DNA from: a virus
Lineage: Duplodnaviria; Caudoviricetes
DNA length: 64,000 bases
IMG/VR virus record: IMGVR_UViG_3300021387_000661
Span: 192,001 to 256,000 of that record
Reading direction: 5' to 3' (one strand)
The notes under the pieces were generated by a model. It saw nothing but the letters and a program-made list of their open reading frames with translations, did no database searches and had not been told where the DNA came from. Shown piece by piece: positions 57,448 to 64,000 of this stretch (positions within the stretch are counted from its first letter, which is position 1; each line of letters starts with the position of its first letter). A program made the position numbers and the translations under genes.

Positions 57448-57519
57448 GGCGGGTTCGTCTATCGGTGAGGACACCAGATTTTCATTCTGGGAAGAGGAGT
57501 TCGATTCTCCTACCCGCTA
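57448..57519 (+). tRNA. tRNA-Glu(TTC)
   Basis: CCAGA-TT-TTC-AT-TCTGG. Confidence 0.93.
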
Positions 57520-57639
57520 CAAATAAAAGTTGAAATGGAAGAAGAGTAACATTCCATATCCACTTAATGATTGAGTTTGTAAGAAAGTACTTTGAGACTG
57601 ATGCTTCCTACTGTACAGATTTCAACTTTTTTAGAAAAT

Positions 57640-57742
57640 TGCGGGGGAGTGAAACGGATAGGAACTCCTGAAAGGGTTGTTCAAAAATCATATCAGGCCC
57701 ATAACCTGATGATACTGGCTTCGACTGCCAGACCCGCTACCA
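57640..57742 (+). tRNA. Initiator-type tRNA-Met(CAT) with expanded D loop
   Basis: TCAGG-CC-CAT-AA-CCTGA; GTGA/TCAT D stem enclosing ~35 nt; CCA. Confidence 0.7.
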
Positions 57743-57769
57743 AGTATTAATTTAAAAATAGGTTTAACA

Positions 57770-57910
57770 ATGGCAGTTATTAAGACAGGTTCAACCTCAA
57801 GGAGAGAGGTGAAACACAAGAAGCGCCCTGGTATTGTCTCCAAGTGTAAGACTTCAAGGAACAAGAATTCCAAGCACTATGTGAAACCTTACAGAGGTCA
57901 GGGCCGATAA
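57770..57910 (+). CDS. Small basic protein ending YRGQGR (46 aa)
   Basis: Manual translation MAVIKTGSTSRREVKHKKRPGIVSKCKTSRNKNSKHYVKPYRGQGR. Confidence 0.7.
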   Translation: MAVIKTGSTSRREVKHKKRPGIVSKCKTSRNKNSKHYVKPYRGQGR

Positions 57911-58052
57911 AAATACAGGTTAGAAGGCGATGGTTATTCCATAATGGTTGTGTACAGACCGGTGGAGACCTTCTGTGAAAGTCAGACGTGAAAGTAAACG
58001 AAATGAGTTCTCAGGGCAGCTGTGCCGAAGGATTATAGAAAACAGCACTTAT

Positions 58053-58128
58053 CGGGGTGTAGCTCAGTTGGTAGAGCGGGTGGTTTGGGACCATCAGGTC
58101 GCACGTTCGAGTCGTGTCACCCCGACCA
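58053..58128 (+). tRNA. tRNA-Pro(TGG)
   Basis: GGTGG-TT-TGG-GA-CCATC; CCA. Confidence 0.95.
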
Positions 58129-58134
58129 AAATAT

Positions 58135-58317
58135 GGCCTGGTGGGCAAATGGTAAAGTCACCCCTGAATGATGGGGGAGGTGTGTAATAAGGGTTACCTG
58201 ACAGTGCGGAGTAACAGTGTCGCGAACTGCCAAAGGTTGGGTACAAGAATAAGCACAGGTCTGGAGGTATTCGCGATGCCAAAGGATGAATGCGGGTTCA
58301 ACTCCCGTTCGGGGCCA
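58135..58317 (+). ncRNA. Enlarged tRNA-like element (~110-nt insert in the variable region)
   Basis: GGCC/GGCC acceptor end, D arm with GG, CCCCT/GGGGG arm, GCGGG-TTCAACT-CCCGT. Confidence 0.55.
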
Positions 58318-58325
58318 CAAATTTT

Positions 58326-58400
58326 GGGAGGTTAGCTCAGTTGGGTCAGAGCATCTGGTTTACACCCAGAGGGTCATAGGTTCGAATCCTATATCTCCCA
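58326..58400 (+). tRNA. tRNA-Val(TAC)
   Basis: TCTGG-TT-TAC-AC-CCAGA. Confidence 0.95.
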
Positions 58401-58462
58401 CAAACAACTTTGAGTATGACAGTATATGATACATGTTAAAGGCTGGAGGAAAGAAGTTGTCA

Positions 58463-58561
58463 GAACCTATAGTGGTGAAGCAAAGGTGAGATTCCTTTGT
58501 GGAGAGTGGTCAAAACAATACCAGACGGTAGAGATGGGGAGTTCGAGTCTCCTTAGGTTCG
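58463..58561 (+). ncRNA. tRNA-like element
   Basis: GAACCTA/TAGGTTC; GGGAG-TTCGAGT-CTCCT. Confidence 0.5.
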
Positions 58562-58690
58562 CAAAGAGTGCAGTGTCAATCTCCCGTTGGGGCTGGGGTG
58601 AGACCTCTTAAAATAGAGTGAAAAAATGAATTAGCTCCACCAATACAGTTATTACTAATCTGTGAAAGTAATCGTCTTGAGTTGACGGTG

Positions 58691-58737
58691 ATGGTTGAGT
58701 TTGAGGAAACGTTCCAGGTTCGAGTCCTGCAACCATA
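58691..58737 (+). ncRNA. tRNA minihelix
   Basis: ATGGTTG/CAACCAT; CAGG-TTCGAGT-CCTG. Confidence 0.5.
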
Positions 58738-58750
58738 ACAAAAAATACTT

Positions 58751-58905
58751 GCCGAGGTAGCTTTAATGGTAGAGCACCTGACTTCTACAGATTTATCCAC
58801 TGTGACGGATATTGGGTAATATGGGAGAAGAAGTCAACTTTTACGTCCGAAGCGTAAGTTATCCACGTAATCAGGGGGTTGCAGGTTCGACTCCTGTCCT
58901 CGGCT
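58751..58905 (+). tRNA. tRNA-Thr(TGT) with 82-nt tRNA-like insertion (58785-58866)
   Basis: CCTGA-CT-T|insert|GT-AA-TCAGG (a CGT reading is possible if the junction is shifted). Confidence 0.85.
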
Positions 58906-58960
58906 CAAACAAAGATTTTAGCCTGTTAGTTAAAATCTATATAAAATAACAATCAAATTT

Positions 58961-59581
58961 ATGTCAAAATTTATGAAAGAAGAAGACCGTGAGCAGCAGA
59001 TAAATGATTTGATGCTTGCAATTAGAAGGAACACACAGGGTTCCAAATGTATTGATGTTTTTGAAAATCTCTTGAGAGAGATTCCAGACAAGAATGTTGT
59101 AGATACAGTTATTGTTGATACACACCGTTTTATTACAGAGTTTTCCAGGTTGTGTAAAGATGTTGACAATATGAAAAATTTGGATTATATTGCCAGGATT
59201 CTTACATATGATTTCATTCAACCAAAAAGATATTTTTCAAAATCAAGGAAGAATGCACAATTGTATTTGATGATGAGTGATATGCTCACCACTAAATACA
59301 CACATCCAATCTTTGATGTTGAGAAAAAGATTCAACTTCCAAATGAAAATTTCATTGGGGATATTTATCATAAGGAGATTTTCTCTGCGAATGATATCGT
59401 AGAAGTATTTAAATACTTTGGAGATCTTTCTGGTTTGTCTGTTGAGAAAGTGAAGGAGAAGATGGAACTTGCAAGAAAGGTTGTCCTCCTTTACAATTAC
59501 CAACCTGCCATTGTGAAGGCACTCATCCAGACAAAGAGAAGGGGACTTAATCTGGATAAGAACTCAAAAATGTTTAAATAA
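58961..59581 (+). CDS. Hypothetical protein flanked by an inverted repeat
   Basis: ORF track; lies between the two Thr genes. Confidence 0.7.
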   Translation: MSKFMKEEDREQQINDLMLAIRRNTQGSKCIDVFENLLREIPDKNVVDTVIVDTHRFITEFSRLCKDVDNMKNLDYIARILTYDFIQPKRYFSKSRKNAQLYLMMSDMLTTKYTHPIFDVEKKIQLPNENFIGDIYHKEIFSANDIVEVFKYFGDLSGLSVEKVKEKMELARKVVLLYNYQPAIVKALIQTKRRGLNLDKNSKMFK

Positions 59582-59654
59582 TTAACAAACAATCAACTAA
59601 CAGGCAAAATTTTTGTTATATTTACATAAATAACCTAATGTTATTTGGAATAAT

Positions 59655-59727
59655 GGGGGATTAGCTTAGTTGGTAGAGCGCAGCCTTTGCACGGCTGAGG
59701 TCAGGGGTTCGAATCCCCTATCCTCCA
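59655..59727 (+). tRNA. tRNA-Ala(TGC)
   Basis: CAGCC-TT-TGC-AC-GGCTG; G3-U70. Confidence 0.95.
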
Positions 59728-59752
59728 CAAAATTGAGTTCTTTATATTCTAT

Positions 59753-59904
59753 GCCGGAGTAGCTTTAATGGTAGAGCATCTGACTTCTACAGAGTGGTTT
59801 CTGAAATAAACCTTGGGTAGAATGGGAGAATGATTATACAAACGTCCGAAGCGTTATCTACTCACGTAATCAGAGGGTTGTCGGTCCGAATCCGGCCTCC
59901 GGCT
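59753..59904 (+). tRNA. tRNA-Thr(TGT) with 79-nt tRNA-like insertion (59787-59865)
   Basis: TCTGA-CT-T|insert|GT-AA-TCAGA. Confidence 0.85.
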
Positions 59905-59955
59905 CTTAATTGGATAGAAATCTTGTTAATTTCTGTCTTTTTTTTTATAACTATT

Positions 59956-60888
59956 ATGAAGTTTTTTAAAATATTTATTATTACAGTTTGTTTATTGTTT
60001 GGTGGTTTGGTTAAAACATATTCTCAAAATATTGAAACCATATCATCAACAGATGAGATTGTTGTAAACACAAGTAATTCCATCACAAATAAAAATTATG
60101 AAAGGTATGCTGATGAGATTGTTCCTATAATCAAAGATAATTCAAATAACATCTTACTGATTGGTCCTGTATCATCAGAGGGAAATAATAAAGTAAGTAT
60201 AAGAGATACTATCAAAATCAAAGATGTCATAGAAAAGATAGACATTGTATATACTAACAAGTCAATTGAAAAATCTTGTAACAAATTAGTATTCTCTCCA
60301 TATAACAACCTTATGACTGATCTCATCAAGACACCTGGAATTGGTCTTGAATTTTATTTTCATCAGATGAGTTTCTTTGTTGAGGGAAATTTTGCAAATA
60401 CGACATTAGCAGGAAAGAAATTCACATATGACCTCTGTCATACTGGATTCAGAAAATATTTCAATGATGATTATGATAAGATATTCATAGAAATATATGG
60501 AAGAACTGGATATTTTGATATGGATATTTTTGGTGAAAAACCTGGTAGGTTTGGTGTTCCTTTTGGTATAGGTCTTGGACTTGGTTGGAAATTCAGTCTT
60601 TGCTCACATATTAAATTATATCCTTTGGTAAGATTTGGATATGACCATATTAAGTTTATAGATTATTACTATACAGAAACTGGTGTTGGAAATATTGGTG
60701 TGACATTCAATCAATATACAGATTATAAAGACAATACTCCTGAAAATACAAATAGTTCTGTTGTTGAATACAGTCCAGAGAATAGATTTATAAACAGAGA
60801 ATTTTTTGAAAAGGCAAAAACACTCCATTGGTTCGGACCATCTTATGTTGGTTTAGTTATTCAATTGGATTTACATAATAAGAAATAA
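59956..60888 (+). CDS. Secreted/outer-membrane beta-barrel protein (DUF3575-like)
   Basis: Signal peptide; NLMTDLIKTPGIGLEF; C-terminal WFGPSYVGL; start re-placed at 59956. Confidence 0.6.
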   Translation: MKFFKIFIITVCLLFGGLVKTYSQNIETISSTDEIVVNTSNSITNKNYERYADEIVPIIKDNSNNILLIGPVSSEGNNKVSIRDTIKIKDVIEKIDIVYTNKSIEKSCNKLVFSPYNNLMTDLIKTPGIGLEFYFHQMSFFVEGNFANTTLAGKKFTYDLCHTGFRKYFNDDYDKIFIEIYGRTGYFDMDIFGEKPGRFGVPFGIGLGLGWKFSLCSHIKLYPLVRFGYDHIKFIDYYYTETGVGNIGVTFNQYTDYKDNTPENTNSSVVEYSPENRFINREFFEKAKTLHWFGPSYVGLVIQLDLHNKK

Positions 60889-60911
60889 TATAAATTTAAA
60901 AAGAAAAAGTT

Positions 60912-62492
60912 ATGAAAACATTAAAAAGATTTTTTATGATTATTGTTTCAGTTTTACTTCTCTTTGTGAGTTGTGCAAAGGTAGAAAATCCTTACAATAA
61001 TCAAGTCCCTGTAAATAGCAAGGGTGAATATGCTATTACATTTACAAAGATTCCTACTACAAAGGCAAGTGTTACTGCTTGGTCAACATTTGGTGGTTAT
61101 GACAAGTTCCAGCTCTTCACTTGGAATACAGATGAGGCAATTATGAATCCTTTCAAGGTTGAGGGAGAAGGTAGTGAATATAAGTATGAGGGTGTAGGCA
61201 CTCAGGCACTTCAATATTTCAAGAAGCAGTATGATGCTTACAATTTCATTGGTATTATTCCTGAAGATGCATCTGCTACATTGACAGATACAACTGTTAC
61301 TGTTACTGGTGTTGAGTCATTTGTAGTTGATGACAAGAGAGTTGAAACTGACATTGTTGCTGATTCTCCAAAGGAATTTCTTTATGCACAGACTACTGTA
61401 GCAAAAGCAGATTATGGTAATAATGTAACTCTTCCTTTCAAGCATGGTAATGCTCTTTTGAAGTTGAGTTTCAAGTCTGACAAGAGTGATACAGAACTTT
61501 TAGATTATACTCCTTACGATCCAGGCACTCCTGGAACTCCTGGAACTCCTGCATGGGATGAAGATGTTGTTACATATACTTATAGTGTAACTGGCAAACC
61601 TTTTGCTGCACAGGGTCCTGTATTTGCAACATCAGCAATTACTCAAGAAGACATTGATTATGTTAATTCTAAATATTCAACAACAGGTACATGGGCAACA
61701 TATTATAGTTCAAGTGTTGCTGTTAATGGTCCACTTAATGAGGATATGTGGAGTTATCTAACAAGTAAATATTCAACACTCGCATCTGAAGATTTAAAGC
61801 AGTGGGCATCTCAGGTAACAAACTCTAATATGAAACTTGTTCATATGGAAGTTATTTCTGGTAGTGGTGATAGTACCCTTGATGGTTGTATTAGAGGATG
61901 GTTTGTTAATATTGTGAATATGTCTAATAATCCACAGGAAGTTCATACAACAGTTCATCATGATGCAATCCCTGGTACACCTGGAACTCCTGCAACTGGA
62001 CTTGCTGGTATCAGAGTATTTTCAGCTGATTCAACTTCTACAGGATTTGTACATATTGCACACACACTTAATACAAAGGCTGTTGTAACTCCTGTTACAT
62101 TTACTTGGGAAGACAGAGCTACTGCAACTGATTCTATTCAGTTCTCACTTCCTGCAACAACAGTACTCGCATCAGAACAGTGGTCACCTACTACATTCTA
62201 TGCAATCCCTGGTGATACTAATTTGAATTACTTTGTTGTTAAGTTCAGTTACAAGTATAATGGCACAACAGTATATGATGTGAGAGTACCTCTTAAACTC
62301 CCTGTAGGTGGTCTTGTTGCTGGTAAGTACTATCATTATATCATCAATATCACTTCAACAGGTAATGGTACAAATGACCCAACTGAAGCAGAAGGTGATA
62401 AGGATGTGATTGACATTGTAGACAATCCTATTGTTGTTACTGTAAGTACAACAGATTACACAGAAGGTACTACTACAACAGTTACCATCTAA
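60912..62492 (+). CDS. Fimbrillin/Mfa-like lipoprotein with PGT repeats
   Basis: Lipobox VSC, TKA motif, LPFKH, LVAGKYYHYIINI typical of Bacteroidota type V pilins. Confidence 0.7.
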   Translation: MKTLKRFFMIIVSVLLLFVSCAKVENPYNNQVPVNSKGEYAITFTKIPTTKASVTAWSTFGGYDKFQLFTWNTDEAIMNPFKVEGEGSEYKYEGVGTQALQYFKKQYDAYNFIGIIPEDASATLTDTTVTVTGVESFVVDDKRVETDIVADSPKEFLYAQTTVAKADYGNNVTLPFKHGNALLKLSFKSDKSDTELLDYTPYDPGTPGTPGTPAWDEDVVTYTYSVTGKPFAAQGPVFATSAITQEDIDYVNSKYSTTGTWATYYSSSVAVNGPLNEDMWSYLTSKYSTLASEDLKQWASQVTNSNMKLVHMEVISGSGDSTLDGCIRGWFVNIVNMSNNPQEVHTTVHHDAIPGTPGTPATGLAGIRVFSADSTSTGFVHIAHTLNTKAVVTPVTFTWEDRATATDSIQFSLPATTVLASEQWSPTTFYAIPGDTNLNYFVVKFSYKYNGTTVYDVRVPLKLPVGGLVAGKYYHYIINITSTGNGTNDPTEAEGDKDVIDIVDNPIVVTVSTTDYTEGTTTTVTI

Positions 62493-62516
62493 TAATTACT
62501 CAAATATGAGCAAACT

Positions 62517-62545
62517 ATGAGGGGGTTGGTTACCCCCTCATTTTT
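62517..62545 (+). terminator. Intrinsic terminator
   Basis: ATGAGGGGGT/ACCCCCTCAT-TTTT. Confidence 0.8.
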
Positions 62546-62622
62546 ATTGTCATAAATATTTTATCAAAAAGAATTTAAAAACTTTTTGTTATATTTAATT
62601 TATACAAAATAAAAGTTTTATT

Positions 62623-62958
62623 ATGACTGATCTCAATAAAAAAAATCTAAAAAATTTTGGTAAAGCTTTAGCTGTTGCTCTTCCTGTTTTTATTGCAATT
62701 ATTGCCTTTATGGGAATTCTTAATGGTGTGATTGTTAATAAGTTGGATTCTTTCTATGGTTGGATTGGTGGTATAAACTTTGTTATTGAAATTTTCTTGC
62801 TTTATAGATTGTATAAAAGTCTATTCAAGAAAGAAGATAAGGAAGTTAAACCTAATACCCCAGTTGTAAATCATCCAGTTGTGGTGAATCCAATAGAAGA
62901 ACCAATTGTATATGGTGATGATACTGAAGGTGATGAATATGACATATATAATTATTAA
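62623..62958 (+). CDS. Membrane protein
   Basis: Two TM helices. Confidence 0.65.
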   Translation: MTDLNKKNLKNFGKALAVALPVFIAIIAFMGILNGVIVNKLDSFYGWIGGINFVIEIFLLYRLYKSLFKKEDKEVKPNTPVVNHPVVVNPIEEPIVYGDDTEGDEYDIYNY

Positions 62959-63022
62959 GCATTGACACTACTTAAAGAGATGATATCTTGGTTGACCACA
63001 TTACCATAAATGTGGTATATCT

Positions 63023-63109
63023 GGAGGGTTGCCGGAGAGGCTGAACGGGACTGCCTGCTAAGCAGTTGAGCCCTTATGGGTTCCAGAGGTTCGAATCCTC
63101 TACCCTCCG
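63023..63109 (+). tRNA. tRNA-Ser(GCT)
   Basis: ACTGC-CT-GCT-AA-GCAGT; long variable arm; G73. Confidence 0.93.
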
Positions 63110-63215
63110 CAAAATATACAATGTCTTTGGTCCAGAGGATTCCGGAACCTTTTGAGTGTTAGTAAAAGACACAAATGGATTGGAGACAGTTAAATACAAA
63201 ATAATTTAATAAAGT

Positions 63216-64000
63216 ATGTCTAACTATTTAACTACAGAGGTATTAGCTAAAATTGCTATTGCCAAAAATCTAATCAAGGAATACAAAAGTTCTGAATCTG
63301 ATAGAACTGTGTACCTCAATGATGGTACTGAATTCCAAATCTATCTCAAAAATCCATATCAAAATCATCTTGGTATTAAAATCTATGTCAACAACCAAGC
63401 AATTGGAGGTAATATGCTTGTATTAAGACCTGGACAAAGTTTCTGGCTTGACAGATTCTTGAATGATAATAAAAAATTCCTGTTCTCAACATATGATGTA
63501 GAGAATACTCAAGAAATGAGATATGCAATCAACAATAATGGAAAGGTCAAAATTGAATTCTACCATGAAAAAGAGGAGACTCCATATTTTACAACAGCAC
63601 CATTAAAAACAAATTTTGATTGGACAAATTACAATATTACTTGCAGTTCTGCAATATCATCCAATGTTCCAGCAAGTACTTTTTATTGCTCAACTGGTGA
63701 TATTGGTAATGTATCTGCAAGTGCTGCAACACATTCAAAATTAAGATCCACATCATATGTCACATCTGCAAGTACAACAAAGACAGATGATTTATCATTT
63801 GAAACTGGTAGAGTTGAAAAGGGTGGAGTATCAAGACAGGAATTTGAATATTGTGATATCAATTTTGATTATTATCCATTCAAGACTGAAAATATTTTGA
63901 TTCTTCCTGTATCACGAAAACAAATTCGTGCTGAAGAAACAAGAAGGAGATATTGTAGTCAGTGTGGTAAGAAAGTAAATCCAAAAGACAAATTCTGTTC
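63216..64000 (+). CDS. Hypothetical protein with C-terminal zinc ribbon, partial
   Basis: Manual translation MSNYLTTEVLAKIAI...YCSQCGKKVNPKDKFC; open to the window end. Confidence 0.7.
   Translation, partial: MSNYLTTEVLAKIAIAKNLIKEYKSSESDRTVYLNDGTEFQIYLKNPYQNHLGIKIYVNNQAIGGNMLVLRPGQSFWLDRFLNDNKKFLFSTYDVENTQEMRYAINNNGKVKIEFYHEKEETPYFTTAPLKTNFDWTNYNITCSSAISSNVPASTFYCSTGDIGNVSASAATHSKLRSTSYVTSASTTKTDDLSFETGRVEKGGVSRQEFEYCDINFDYYPFKTENILILPVSRKQIRAEETRRRYCSQCGKKVNPKDKFC

Noticed and set aside
44114-58800. Many ORF-track ORFs over the tRNA region (e.g. 44114-44614, 49327-49683, 51397-51855, 51973-52404)
   Set aside because: They overlap tRNAs or structured RNAs, mostly antisense, and lack the phage codon style
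59830-59955. N-terminal extension of the 59830-60888 ORF
   Set aside because: Overlaps tRNA-Thr; the signal peptide begins at 59956
43758-63109. Theta (HDV-like) ribozymes at tRNA 3' ends
   Set aside because: Could not trace the nested double pseudoknot by eye after any tRNA; needs a motif search
1-64000. Stop-codon reassignment (code 15, as in Lak megaphages)
   Set aside because: Genes are full length in code 11, TAG ends conserved genes such as clpP, cca and nadE at the expected place, and no CTA-anticodon tRNA was seen

Overview
This 64 kb AT-rich window comes from a large lytic (jumbo, T4-like myovirus-type) phage. The host is very probably Bacteroidota, based on repeated TTTG-N20-TAnnTTTG promoters, a Bacteroidota-type tmRNA and fimbrillin-like genes. 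Standard genetic code 11 fits. 1-10 kb: late/structural genes, DnaJ, and two repeat-built putative internal head polyproteins. 10-43 kb: dense early/middle genes, including ClpP, a CofE-like ligase, an RNA repair set (kinase, phosphoesterase, RNA ligase), CCA-adding enzyme, an NAD+ rebuilding cluster (PncA, PRS-like, NAMPT-like, macrodomain, NadE), NAD-dependent DNA ligase and Nudix. 43-64 kb: a translation island with about 44 tRNA genes, a circularly permuted two-piece tmRNA, a group I intron, a GOLLD-like giant RNA and many tRNA-like or structured ncRNAs. Two observations stand out. (1) Two leader-peptide attenuators sit in front of the two tRNA arrays, and their codons mirror the anticodons of the array each one precedes. 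(2) Four tRNA genes (Leu, Asn, Thr x2) are interrupted in the anticodon by a shared class of 79-98 nt non-group-I insertions that are themselves tRNA-like. All calls come from reading the sequence by eye; no database searches were run.
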